A program made the translations under genes and the position numbers. 64,000 nt of DNA from Corallochytrium limacisporum Hawaii (Eukaryota > Protista > Pluriformea). Within the stretch, counting starts at the first letter, position 1; each line of letters begins with the position of its first letter. Under the pieces are notes generated by a model. The model searched no databases. It saw nothing but the letters and a program-made list of their open reading frames with translations, and was not told the DNA's origin. The stretch spans positions 1 through 64,000 of the forward strand of contig PDIP01000042.1 in NCBI GenBank assembly GCA_002811645.1. The letters run 5' to 3'. Below, in pieces: positions 21,737-33,399 of this stretch.

Positions 21737-23537
21737 TGGGAAAGGTTTGCCCTGCCCCTCCCCAACCCTCTGCTCTCGCCCCCCCCCCCCCCCAACCCCT
21801 CCTCCCTTCCCCAATCTATCGTCCAAAGGAACACTTACCCAATCACGGAACAAAAAAAATTGAAAGATCCCAAAGGGGGGGGGGGGACCAAGAAATATAT
21901 ATTGCAAAAAGGTAAGGAACGTCGCGAAATATAGAAAAAGGGGAATCAATGTGGTCACGCAAAGGACAACAAATTTGGGCTCCCTCCACCCACGGTCCCT
22001 GCGACCGGAGCACGGACCAGCGAAGTCAGATACACCGGCCGTGGACGAAGCACACACGAGGTTGGGTGTATTGAATCGTAGAGATGCTAATTAACGTGAG
22101 TACATCTCTATATATTTACTATTCCATTCTCAGTGCTTGGGTAGAATCCTGCCTATCAATTAATGTCTCGCCATAGCAGCATGAGATCCACATCCTTCGC
22201 AGCGGGGGGAGGGGCAGGCCAGGCACCAGCGGTGCAGGGCACGGGATAGACAAGGCCCGCACGGAAGGGGCCCTGGCGGTGCCCAAAGTAAAGGTCATCA
22301 TCATCACCAGCACGTCGGGCAGTTGATGAATTCGCTTACCGATGATGCCCGGGAGAAGCCTCAGAAGCTCGGAGGCTCTCGCTTTCCCTTTTGTTTGCTC
22401 GTTTGGTGGCGAGCAGTGCTCGATGGATGTGGAACCGCGGAAACAATTTTTTTTCTTTGAAAAAAATGATAAACGGGGAGAAGAGATAAAAACAATTTAA
22501 GCATATACAGACATCTCTAGTGTTTGTATTGGCCGCCACCAGGAACGGTAGCGGAGATCTGGTCCCCGGCGTGGCGCAAGAAGAAATCGAGGAAGGGTGA
22601 TAGAGAGAACAATAGACGAAGGGGCAGCAGGGGGGGGGAGGGGCAGAACACGAGAAAATTGGGGGAAGAGGGGGACAGAAACCAGGACAGGTGGTGTGGA
22701 AAAGAAAGAAATACGAATGGTCCTAACTCGTCACGTCCAACCTTGCTACCCACCCATTCCTCAGTGTTAGCACGCGTCGTTCTGTCCCAGAATTTACGTT
22801 TGAGACGTGTCTCTTGCTTTCTCCCCCTCTCGCCGCCTCCCCTCCGCTTCCCAGTTCCTTCGGGTGGAACGGTGATCTTTGTCACCGTGGCTTGTTCTCT
22901 CACGTCTGGTTCTCATCATCTCATTGTTTTAGTACTGCCAGTAGGGCGGTCTCGGAAGGAACACCGCGGGGGAGGGGGAGGGGAGAAGAGGTGAGACTGG
23001 AACTCCGGGAGACCCATGATGCAAAGTGCTCTTGCTCGTGACATGGATGGGTCTCAAGGACAGCTCTTCGTCGTTGTCCTTTTTATTTGTTGCGGCAGCA
23101 GTTTAATTGAAAATGTCCGAACGTGTTCAACGAAATGCATTCGACGTAAGTCTATCTAATTCTTTGGTTGCGACGGCAGTGAGTATGGTTCCTAAACAAT
23201 CGCAACGATGAAAAGGTATTCGTTGGTGGAGACCCCTATAGTTGAAGTGTCGGCGTCCTCTGTGGTTTAATGCACATAATATTCCATACTGCACGAATCA
23301 TTTAGGTTGTGTGTAGAAGAAGGTAATCAGCTGGTCTGAGCCTTCCCGAATTTAATGTAAAGGTCACTCGTGGGTCGAAGATAAACGGATACTGCACACC
23401 TGGGGACCAAGTACATGACCACCATGCAAAGATAGGTTTCAGCAATAGCAAGTGACAAACGACAGGGTAGTCAGAATCTCCTTGGAAAACCTGGTACGTG
23501 ATTCGACAGGAATTAAACACGATACACAAGACAGACG

Positions 23538-25064
23538 ATGGAGGCAGACTCGTCTGGTAGCGGTCCTGGCCACCAGCAGGATAGCGGAGATGTCCCACCA
23601 CCACGGCGGTTGGATGACCTCCGGGCCGTCGGTGGGAGCAACACATCATTGGATAATTTTGGGTCAAATGAACAGCTTATTCCGACACCGTCCCAGAGTC
23701 CACCGCCGGCGAGGCCGCCCCGGCCCCCACGGCCAGAGCGGGCAAGTCCAGAACGACCCGAGCGGAAAAGTCCGGACATGTACTTTGAACAAACAGACTC
23801 GGACTATGCAGTTCCTCAGAACGAGCGCAAACAGGCCGCCTATATCAATGAACCGCTTCGTCAAACTACGGGACCTATGGATATGACAGACTCTGAGGGC
23901 CTTGGTCTGCGCTATAATGGTGCACTTGACCAGGAAGAGAGCTATGAGGCATGGGCCAATCATGGGACCATGCGCACAGTGGCGGCAGCTACGCCCCTCT
24001 CAGTCGACGAAGGCGGGGGCAGCAGCAGTTCGGATTATGTGTCTGAGGAGGCATCAAAATACGGCAGCTATGTGGAACTCGTGAAGCACTCCGCCGAGGG
24101 CACCAACGGCAAGGGCAGCCTGACGAGCATGGACAACATGATGAACGGCAAAAGCAGTGATGTCAACGGTTCCAACGCCAACCAAAAGTCATCACTACAG
24201 TATGTAACAGGCGCAGGTGCTGCCGCGGTTGGTGCAGGAGCAGTGATGGGTGCCTCGTCGGGGACAGAAGCGCTGCTTGCTGGGGATTCGATACCGCCGG
24301 GTAGCGCCCTTGAACGGGACACATCCGCCATTGCAGCGGGCGGTGTGTCTGGTGAGATGGCAGTGGTTGTTGACCGCGATGACGACGCTTGGGAGAATGG
24401 AGAGTACCGTGGCCTGGCAGGGCCACCGAGCATGATGAATTGGCCGGAGCCGCACGGTTCAATTAACATGGTGGGCAACAGTGTGAAGCTTACGAAATCA
24501 CGGGCAGAGAATGGCCACCAGATCACCGAAATGTCGAGCAGCAACGTTTACTCGACCATATTCTTCTTTTTGAATTTTTTCATCATTGGCATGTTTTTCA
24601 TCCTGTACCCACTGTGGTATCCGGGCAATGAAGTCTATCGCTACAACACTGACTGCAGCTGCGTGCGAGCAAGCATTGAGTACGTCGGGGTTATGTCAGC
24701 TTTCAATTTCTTTGGGCTTGGCCTAATACTGCTGTCCTTGCTTGTGATGGCACATAGCCGCCGCGTGGTTGTGGAATTCGACGAGGTCAGCGGAAACATT
24801 GTCATTCATCACGGAGGCCTGTTTGGCACCAAAACGGCTTGGGCAAAGAAGCTTGCCGTCCACCTCAACCGCGAGGACGTGGATGACATATACATCCGCC
24901 GCAAGGGTGGCAGGAAGTCCTTCTACATGTACATTCGCACTAAGAATGGTGAGCGTCATAATATTAGTGCAGTTGCACTGAGGAGCAAGGATGACCACTA
25001 CGGTATGCTCCTCTGCGGACTTCTTTTCCGTAAGGCAATGCGTCTGCCACGGACTCCGTCGTAG
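23538..25064 (+). CDS. Two-TM protein: disordered Pro/Tyr-motif N-terminus plus a C-terminal PH-like domain resembling CYBC1/EROS or TMEM249
   Basis: 508 aa ORF. TMs STIFFFLNFFIIGMFFILYPLWY and AFNFFGLGLILLSLLVMA, then beta-rich VVEFDEVSGNIVIH...EDVDDIYI...YMYIRTKNGERHNI. Confidence 0.7.
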   Translation: MEADSSGSGPGHQQDSGDVPPPRRLDDLRAVGGSNTSLDNFGSNEQLIPTPSQSPPPARPPRPPRPERASPERPERKSPDMYFEQTDSDYAVPQNERKQAAYINEPLRQTTGPMDMTDSEGLGLRYNGALDQEESYEAWANHGTMRTVAAATPLSVDEGGGSSSSDYVSEEASKYGSYVELVKHSAEGTNGKGSLTSMDNMMNGKSSDVNGSNANQKSSLQYVTGAGAAAVGAGAVMGASSGTEALLAGDSIPPGSALERDTSAIAAGGVSGEMAVVVDRDDDAWENGEYRGLAGPPSMMNWPEPHGSINMVGNSVKLTKSRAENGHQITEMSSSNVYSTIFFFLNFFIIGMFFILYPLWYPGNEVYRYNTDCSCVRASIEYVGVMSAFNFFGLGLILLSLLVMAHSRRVVVEFDEVSGNIVIHHGGLFGTKTAWAKKLAVHLNREDVDDIYIRRKGGRKSFYMYIRTKNGERHNISAVALRSKDDHYGMLLCGLLFRKAMRLPRTPS

Positions 25065-25305
25065 ACTTAGAGGAGTGGGGGAGGCAATGCATAGCACTAG
25101 ATTCATTTTCAATAACACGCGAGGGTGAAACACGATATCATTCATTTTCCATACTTGACATAAGCAACTTAGAGATACATTATTGATCCATACTCTTCGT
25201 TCATTATATAACAGTAAGGTACATTTCGGTTCCTTTGTGTTTGTTTCGGGGTAGGCTGTACCAGCATATGCTGAAGCGTGCGAAGTACTGGTGACAATCC
25301 TTCAT

Positions 25306-25929
25306 TCACAGAGCTCCCGCGTCGTTTTCGTCATCGTACTCTAGCAGAACGTCTACGTCTTGATGATCCGCTGCCGCGTTGTCGAGAACGAGCTCAATGT
25401 TCTGGTCGTCCGCATCGGGATTGTAGGTACTGCCATCGACGTGGAGGAAGCTAATGTTCGCAAGCTTGGTGTTCAATACCCGGTCACGCTGCTGTCGGAC
25501 CAGTGCAGTGATCCGTAACACGTTGACTAGCGTTCGGAAGATAAGAGCAATTAGTCCACCGACTTCGTCGACCTCTTCACCCAGGGTTTTGTGCTTGCCG
25601 GCTTCGATGGCGTAGAGCAGAAATGTTGCAAGGCTAAATATGCATACGCAGACATCTAACTTATTGCCTGGGTACTTCCAGTACTCCTTAGGCCCCATGG
25701 CAGCCATACGAATCCCGACTTCAGTAATCAGGAGGATATTGATGGTGAGCTCCAGAACAATAAACCCGGGACTGTTGGGTCGCGGTTCTAGCAATGTCCA
25801 TAGAATGGAGCCCACGCATGCTGCCAGCAGAAAGAATTGAAAAATAAAATATGACTTAGAGTGGATGATTGAATTGAGGAAGCGCAGGAGCTTCGGATTC
25901 TGCACCGGGCGGGGCACATCCGGTGGCAT
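25306..25929 (-). CDS. Stand-alone voltage-sensor-like (Ion_trans S1-S4) membrane protein
   Basis: S2 ELTINILLITEVGIRMAAMG, S2-S3 YWKYPGNKLDVCV, S4-like FRTLVNVLRITALVRQQR; no pore domain follows. Confidence 0.8.
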   Translation of the reverse strand: MPPDVPRPVQNPKLLRFLNSIIHSKSYFIFQFFLLAACVGSILWTLLEPRPNSPGFIVLELTINILLITEVGIRMAAMGPKEYWKYPGNKLDVCVCIFSLATFLLYAIEAGKHKTLGEEVDEVGGLIALIFRTLVNVLRITALVRQQRDRVLNTKLANISFLHVDGSTYNPDADDQNIELVLDNAAADHQDVDVLLEYDDENDAGAL

Positions 25930-27306
25930 CTTGCTCAGTCTTTCTTTTCTTTTGGGCTACCTTCTCGCAAAGTGGATTCAGCTTTACTCTTTACGGATGT
26001 AGGCAAACAGACCCCCATTACCTATGATCCCACCATAGTCTTATCAATCTGTTGAGCAAATATACTGGGATTGCCGGTATCAAGGTCCATGTAACCCATA
26101 CCAATTTGTCGTAGTCGTACAACCCGCTTCGCCGAAACCAGTGCACAACCACTTTGTTTCCTTCGGTTCTTCAGAGCAGTGAACTCCTAGTCCTAACGGC
26201 AGAATCAGATGAACCTAGCCGAAAGCTTCACATACCTCTTTTCGGTCGGAGTTTTGGTTGCTTGATATTGCCAATTACATCGGTGCATATTCTCACAACT
26301 GAAAACCGCCTTCTGTGTCTGAAAGGTCACACTTGGAAACCCAACAAGTCCATGGCGTCAGGACCCTTCCCATTTAAACGCTTCGCAGCTCTGCCTATTT
26401 CCTCCTAGCCCGAATCCCCAACCCCCCACCACCTCCCCTCCTCCCGCTCCAAACCAGCCTCCCCCCGGCCGGCCAACNNNNNNNNNNNNNNNNNNNNNNN
26501 NNNNNNNNNNNNNNNNNNNNNNNNNNNNNNNNNNNNNNNNNNNNNNNNNNNNNNNNNNNNNNNNNNNNNNNNNNNNNNNNNNNNNNNNNNNNNNNNNNNN
26601 NNNNNNNNNNNNNNNNNNNNNNNNNNNNNNNNNNNNNNNNNNNNNNNNNNNNNNNNNNNNNNNNNNNNNNNNNNNNNNNNNNNNNNNNNNNNNNNNNNNN
26701 NNNNNNNNNNNNNNNNNNNNNNNNNNNNNCCCCACCTCCCCCTTCCCTCAACTCTCATTCCCCCCGGCCGGCCAACACCAATTCGAACCCGGCCCCGGGC
26801 TTAATCGAAGTGAATTATGATATTAGGTCTTCAGCTATATATGTGCCGGTTCGAACCCCAGGAGGGAGGGCGGGTTTTGCTGAAAACGCACGCACGCACA
26901 CACTCCCTGGAGAGTCGACCGCGCGGTCTTCGGGGTTTGCTGTTGGGGAAGGTCGCCCCTGGTTTGAGACCCGTGCGGCCGGTGCTGTTGGTGAGAGTTG
27001 CAACGGGTCTCAAAATTGCAAAGGCCTCTCAAATCTTTGTTTGTCTCCTACATTAACGGACATTGATGGTCCACAATGGTACTTTGAACCTCTGGTGATG
27101 GGTATTAGGCTCTGACCAGATCAAATGGTCGTGTATTCCATAGTTGCCAGTGCGAACCATGGTTAGGTAAATTCGTTAAAGAAGATGAGAAGTAGGGAGA
27201 ATCGAAGGAAACAAGAAAGGACAACGTGCGGAGAATAGGTCTCTAGATCCGTGACGCACATCTTTGCTGTGACGAATCGTACAGACCGGAGGACCGGTGG
27301 AAAACA

Positions 27307-30300
27307 ATGGTAGTGAAATCCTATCTGCGCTATGAGCGTGCGGCAACCCTCGGCCAGGTCTTTAGCCACACATCCGCAGCGGCATGGCATTGGGACGGCC
27401 GGCGCGTCTTTAGTCCTGCACAGGAAAATGTGTTGACCTGGGATAGTCGGACCTTTGAGCAGGCAGGTCGTACATTTGCGGATGATGAAGGGTCGAGTTG
27501 CCTCGTCGTTGTGGTGGATCCCAGCGGAGGCAGTGTGCAGAGCGGTGTGGGCAACATGCTGGTCCGCAACGTAGCCACAGGCCATGAGAACGGTACCGTG
27601 AATCTTTGGCACTGGCAAGACCTAGTTGAACAGAACCAAGGCGCGAATAAGCACCGAGGAACCCAGTCGGCTTCTCTACAGGCACAGGAGCAGTCACGAA
27701 ATAGCCGTGCAGAGCTCGTAGCGTCACTACAGGGACACCGGTCGGCGGTGATTTCGCTTTGCTTCATCTCCGACCACGCGACTGCCTTCCCCCACCGGCT
27801 ACCATACGTCCAGACCAGTAATGGTGTCCACAGTGCTAAATCAGCAGCTGCTCGCCTGCTCGCATCCGGATCGCGCGACGCAGATATTGTCATTTGGGAT
27901 GTCGTGGCGGAGTGCGGTCTCTTCCGCCTGTCCGGACACAAAGGACCAATTACGGCGCTAACGCTCATCCCGGCGTCCATGTCAGCGACGTCGACGTCTC
28001 CTACCACACAGGAGAATGGGGACTCCGAGAACGGAGTCGCTGACGATGCGGAAGCCCTGCCACGCCTCGTCAGTGCCAGCACAGACACGTTCCTTAAGGT
28101 CTGGGATCTGCAGACGCAGTACTGCGTCGACACATTGGTGGGACATCGTAGCGAGGTCTGGAGCCTTGCCACAAATCCCGCGGGTAGCCGCGTGATCTCC
28201 GGCAGTGGAGACGATGAACTGCAGCTCTGGGAGGTCCAGGAGAGCTCATCAGGGCCGGCAGCGGAACCGGCAGCGACATTGAACGGTGCTGCAAGCGATG
28301 ACCGCATGGATGAGGACGACGGCGGAGTTGACGGTCGCAAGGACAAGGGTGATAAGAAGAGCAAAAACTATGTCCTGTCCAGGGGCACCACTCTACATTC
28401 CGCCGGACCGATCCGTCGTGAATCCGTAGCAAGGGTGCAAGGTGTTGATATCCATACCTCCGGCCGTTTGGTCGTCACTGCGCCCGCGGAAAAGTCCATC
28501 GAGGTGTACAGGGTGCGTACCGCAGAGGAAGTGAAGAAGCGCGCGAAGAAGCGGGCCAAGCGCTCAAAGAAATTGCAGGAGCAACTGGCTGAGGCTGGTG
28601 GTGCGAGCGGAGAGGATGTTATGGCAGCGATGGCGGTGGATACTGCGGACAGTGCGGTGGACCGAAGTAAGGCGGAGGATGAGCTGGGTCTCGTTCAGAT
28701 GATCAAAACGGTTGCTAAAGTTAAATGGGTGGCATTCAGTCCGCACGCTGATGCACACGCCATGGTGGAACGACTGCAGCACAAGGTCCTTTCAGAAGAC
28801 GGTGAGGATGGTGACGCAGGTGCCACCAAAGCATCATCAGGTCCTATCCTTCTCGGAGTGATTGCGGCTGGCCTTATGAACAACTCAATTGAAGTTTATG
28901 GAGTGGCCATCACCAACCGCAAGGCCACCGTCGAGCACTTTGGTACCATTGGTGCCACCAACGGACACCGCACAGACATTCGATCCCTCGCCCTAAGCTC
29001 TGACAATGCCTTGCTTGCCTCCGGCTCACACGGAGAGGTCAAGCTCTGGAATCCACGGTCCGGTGCGATGGTCAGGTCCATGGCATCCGGCTATGCGCTG
29101 TGCGTGGCGTTTGTGCCTGGAGATCGGCACGTTTTGGTGGGTACACGGGAAGGGAAAATCGTGCTTTGCGATGTCTCCAGTGCAACTGCTGTGGAAGAGA
29201 CGCTGGCGCATGACGGGCCCATCTGGGGGATGCGTGTGCTGCCAAACAAGCGCGGATTTGTCACCTGCAGCGGTGACAAAACGATCAAATTCTGGGACTT
29301 TGAGCTCGTCCGCGTGACGGTCAGGCCGGATGGTACGGAGGTCGGACCGGATGATGAGGACGAGGAGGACGAGGACTCCGACGGCTGTAGTTCTGACAAC
29401 GATGGTGAAAGCGAGGAAGAGAGCAGCACGGAAGGAGAAGGAGATGAGGACGAAGAGAGCGACGACGACGATGATGATCTAGATCTGGAAGGCATTCACC
29501 CGGCCCGTCGCGAACAAATGCTTAAGGAGCGTGCTCTTCAGCGTGCCAAGGAAGGCAAGCAACCGTCCGGCAAACTCCTGGCCAAGGCCAGCAAACAGAA
29601 GCCGGCCGTGATCTCCAACACAACGACCACGCGCCTAAGCTTTAGCCTGGCCCGGACCGCGACTATGACAGATGATGTGCTCAGTATCATGGTGACGCGC
29701 AGCGGTGATCATGTGGCGGTGTCTCTCCTGGATTCCACTATCAAGGTCCTCTTCGCTGACTCTCTGAACCTCCATCTTTCCATGTACGGCCACAAGCTGC
29801 CGGTGACGGCCCTTGATGTGAGCAGCGATGGCACTCTGCTGGCATCTGGCAGCGCGGACAAAAACCTGAAGTTCTGGGGCATGGACTTTGGTGACTGTCA
29901 CCGATCGCTCTTTGCGCACTCCGATGGCATCACGGCGGTAGCATTCCAACCGGGCACGCACTACCTCTTCACCGCGTCCAAGGACCGGACCATCAAGTAC
30001 TGGGACGGTGACACTCACCAACTGATCCTCAAGTTTAGTAACGAGCACAAGGGAGAGGTTTGGGGCCTGGTCATGTCCTCGAGTGGTGATTTCTTTGCGT
30101 CCGCATCTCAGGATCGCAGCCTGCGTCTCTTCCGTCGCACCGAAGAGCAGGTCTTCCTCGAGGAGGAGCGGGAACGCGAGCAGGAGCGGGAGATGGAGGA
30201 GCAGATGATGGCTGATGAGGCCACGGAGCGAGAACGCGCACGCACCTTTGGCACCGGAACCAGCGGCCGCCATGCCGCCGCCGCTGACGCACTCGGCGAT

Positions 30301-31098
30301 CCGTCGCTGCTGCTCAAGGGCGATGGCGATGGTAACGCAGACGACGGCGAGGCGGAGGACGGCGCCGCCCTACAGGCCGCCACACGCCGGACCATGGGCG
30401 CCATTAAAGGAGCCGAATCGCTGCTGGAGGCCATCGAACTCCTGGACGAGGAACTGACTGCGCTACGTAACTACGAAGAGGAGGTCGAGGAGGTCCGCCT
30501 CCAGCACGAGAAACTCGGTGGTGAAATGCAGAAAGTGCCCAAGCCCGAACGCAATCTCATGCTCGAAGCCATGGACATGACGGCAAGGGAGTATTTCCTG
30601 CGCGCTCTGCGCAAGCTGAAGAGTGCCGAAGTGGAAGAGGCACTCATGCTCGTGCCGTTCCACCACGTACTATCCCTGTTCACGCACATGCAGGAGATCT
30701 TGGCCAAGCGTCAGGACGTCGAACTGGCCACCCGCTGTGTGCTGTTCCTGGTCCAACTGCACCACCGGCGCCTGTCAACCACTCCGGCCGCCGCAGATGT
30801 ACTCTACGGCCTGCGCCGGGAAGTCACGGACAGTCTGGCCGAACAGCGCGCTCGCATTGGTTTCAACCTGGCCGGCCTGGGCATTATCCGAGCCCAGATG
30901 GACGCGCAGAACTTTGCTCCCGGTGCATTTGTCCTGCCCACTACGGAACCGGAGAAGGTGTCTGCCTCGGCGATCGACCCGGTGGCCCGGGCGAAGCAGC
31001 AGAAGAAGCGCAGAGACGCCGGTTTGCACAGCAACAGGAAATCTGCGGCCTCTGCAACCGGCGGTCGGAGAGCCATTGTCCGCGGCAAGCGGGCGTGA
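27307..31098 (+). CDS. WDR3: U3 snoRNP/SSU processome WD40 protein (WDR3/Utp12/Dip2)
   Basis: MVVKSYLRY, LASGSRDADIVIWDVVAECGLFRLSGHK, GHRTDIRSLALSSD, LSMYGHKLPV, WGMDFGDCHRSLFAHSD, Utp12 C-terminal IGFNLAGL. Confidence 0.96.
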   Translation: MVVKSYLRYERAATLGQVFSHTSAAAWHWDGRRVFSPAQENVLTWDSRTFEQAGRTFADDEGSSCLVVVVDPSGGSVQSGVGNMLVRNVATGHENGTVNLWHWQDLVEQNQGANKHRGTQSASLQAQEQSRNSRAELVASLQGHRSAVISLCFISDHATAFPHRLPYVQTSNGVHSAKSAAARLLASGSRDADIVIWDVVAECGLFRLSGHKGPITALTLIPASMSATSTSPTTQENGDSENGVADDAEALPRLVSASTDTFLKVWDLQTQYCVDTLVGHRSEVWSLATNPAGSRVISGSGDDELQLWEVQESSSGPAAEPAATLNGAASDDRMDEDDGGVDGRKDKGDKKSKNYVLSRGTTLHSAGPIRRESVARVQGVDIHTSGRLVVTAPAEKSIEVYRVRTAEEVKKRAKKRAKRSKKLQEQLAEAGGASGEDVMAAMAVDTADSAVDRSKAEDELGLVQMIKTVAKVKWVAFSPHADAHAMVERLQHKVLSEDGEDGDAGATKASSGPILLGVIAAGLMNNSIEVYGVAITNRKATVEHFGTIGATNGHRTDIRSLALSSDNALLASGSHGEVKLWNPRSGAMVRSMASGYALCVAFVPGDRHVLVGTREGKIVLCDVSSATAVEETLAHDGPIWGMRVLPNKRGFVTCSGDKTIKFWDFELVRVTVRPDGTEVGPDDEDEEDEDSDGCSSDNDGESEEESSTEGEGDEDEESDDDDDDLDLEGIHPARREQMLKERALQRAKEGKQPSGKLLAKASKQKPAVISNTTTTRLSFSLARTATMTDDVLSIMVTRSGDHVAVSLLDSTIKVLFADSLNLHLSMYGHKLPVTALDVSSDGTLLASGSADKNLKFWGMDFGDCHRSLFAHSDGITAVAFQPGTHYLFTASKDRTIKYWDGDTHQLILKFSNEHKGEVWGLVMSSSGDFFASASQDRSLRLFRRTEEQVFLEEEREREQEREMEEQMMADEATERERARTFGTGTSGRHAAAADALGDPSLLLKGDGDGNADDGEAEDGAALQAATRRTMGAIKGAESLLEAIELLDEELTALRNYEEEVEEVRLQHEKLGGEMQKVPKPERNLMLEAMDMTAREYFLRALRKLKSAEVEEALMLVPFHHVLSLFTHMQEILAKRQDVELATRCVLFLVQLHHRRLSTTPAAADVLYGLRREVTDSLAEQRARIGFNLAGLGIIRAQMDAQNFAPGAFVLPTTEPEKVSASAIDPVARAKQQKKRRDAGLHSNRKSAASATGGRRAIVRGKRA

Positions 31099-32799
31099 AG
31101 GCAACGACACGGAGCGGGAGCAAGCGCATCAGCAGTAGATATATCATGTAGAAATAGAGAATTGGTTCGCAGTACTCACTTGCTCACACACGCACTTACC
31201 ACATACGCACACGCACACACCCCTCTTGCGCCACCATGCTCACACTAGACCTAAGATGCAAGAATATGCCTGACGTGGCCAACGAGGATATCATTGCAGT
31301 CTCCACGTCAGATGTCCAATAAATCTGATAAGAGTTTCTTGGGATCCATCATCCCCCCTGCTACGAGCTGGTTACGAATATCTCCGAACGGTGAAACGAC
31401 CGCCAGCAAGACAGCCCTGACACCCTGGTATGATTACACACTTTGCCTGCCCAGAACCCAAACGATAAATGACCGGCGAACTCCCAAAATAGACGGCGTG
31501 TCAAGCGGCGTATTGCATTTCTTATTTTTTTATATTTTTTCTTTTTTTGTCGCTCTGTATTTTTCCTGCTTTTCACCATTTTCTGACGCACAAAAGGGAG
31601 AGTTTTGCGTGTGTAAACACGGCATTTGTTGCTTACGTAGTCGTTCGGGTGGGGGACCGGGGCCCCCTTCCACGGCATCCTCCACGGCATCAAAGAAACT
31701 CCGTTGCCTTTTCTCGCTCTATTTGTCTTCTCGCAATCACCGTTCTCTCTCTCTCACTTGCTCACTCACTCCTCATACACACATACAGGCATACACATCT
31801 GTAATCCGTCGTCTCCAGCACTTCCCCGTAGTGTACCCAGAAGGGGATTCAATCAGCAAAGGAAGCCACGCGTCCGTACGGGGGCCAAATTCATCAAGCG
31901 CTCTTTGAATCCGACTGTTTCTTCCCACCTGCAGAGGTCCCCGGAACGCATTTTGGCCGTTATGGTTCCCCGTGTTTCTGGTTGTCCTCGTTTCTCTGCG
32001 CTCGCAGCGAATGCCATCAAAGGAGCACTTACGTCCTCTTGTCTTCAACCCGATTTTGAACTCCGCCGCGTCGACAGCGTGATTGATGCCCCATGATGCC
32101 ACATTGTATCTGGTGTTGTTGGCGTAGATGCCATGAAGCGATTGCCACCATGCATCCGGAAGTCTGAAGGCGATACGGGGCAGGGTACTCTTGCTGCAGC
32201 TCCTCCCCACCGCAGCATGGTACGTATATCGGGTCATGCCCGATTTGTGAACACCCGTCGTATGATAAATCACCATCATGTCACACTGTATGCTCACTCG
32301 GTCACGTCTCACGCACAAAAAGCCAGCAGCAACACAGGACAGGGTGTCACGGAAAAAAGATAGCGCACCGCAGGGAGATATGGACNNNNNNNNNNNNNNN
32401 NNNNNNNNNNNNNNNNNNNNNNNNNNNNNNNNNNNNNNCCATCCCGTGGTCGGCCGTTTTCCCGTGATTTCGGAAGGGCCGCTGGAAGCGCGCCCTCGGC
32501 CAGGTGAGAGAGTGCGGCAGCAGCCCCGTGACCCAACTTTTTTTACCTTTGGTTTTCCCCCACCCCCTCCCTTCTTTGGTCTTTTTTTCTTTTGATTTGC
32601 TATTTTCGCTGTTTCATTATGAAAGTATCAAGGGGCTTTGTGACCCTGCTGCAGATTTCCTTCGGATTCTCCAGCGGATTCCAACCGAAACACTGGCTAC
32701 CCACTGCTATTCAAATCAGCACCGGGCGATGATACGGCACCCCCGTTTCCCCGTTATCAAAGTACTGCACACTCAGCCCTGTTTGATTCTCCGCACCGC

Positions 32800-33331
32800 C
32801 GCCACCGCGTGGGTGGGTGAGAGGGGAACGAACGGGAGCCCCCGGGGGGAGAGAGAGAGAGAGAGAGGAAAAAAAAAACAAAAAAGGGAGAGAGCCGGTG
32901 GTTCTCTCGTCACTTTTACCCATTTCTAGCCCGGTCGTTTTCTCAACCTCCCTTTTTTTTCTTTCTTTTTTTTACTTTTCTTCCTTTAAAATAAGACCCA
33001 AGTCCACCACCACCACCACCCACGGTCCCCAAAGAGATGGATGATCAGTGATCAACATCTCCCGCCTTTCCAAATGGTGATGCCACCCACCACCACTTTT
33101 TTTTTCTTTGCTCGTCTCAGGTTTTTCCAAACCGCCCGCTGCGAGTTTCTCTTTGGCTATGAATTAATGCAGCAGCAGTGGTTGAGAGACAACGACTCTA
33201 CACCAACCATTGTTTCTCTCTTCTTCCTTTTTACTACAGTCCCTTTTTTTACCTCTTGCCTCTTTTTTCTTTTTTGCTCTTTTTCACAATTCTCTCTCCC
33301 TCATAACACAACCACGCCCCAGCCCACAAAC

Positions 33332-33399
<68 letters not shown>

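Noticed and set aside
21495-21812. Direct repeats flanking N gaps (also at 26420-26777 and 38490-38560)
   Set aside because: Most likely unmerged low-quality contig overlaps at G/C homopolymers, not real duplications or LTRs.
27330-28364. Long antisense ORFs over WDR3, CASP, MLX and others
   Set aside because: Shadow ORFs expected from GC-rich codon usage on the opposite strand.
31962-32363. In-frame TGA-TGC (U-C) joining two ORFs as a possible selenoprotein
   Set aside because: The peptide resembles no selenoprotein family I recognise, and the hairpin near 32464-32510 does not fit SECIS geometry. A gap intervenes, so it is not fully excluded.
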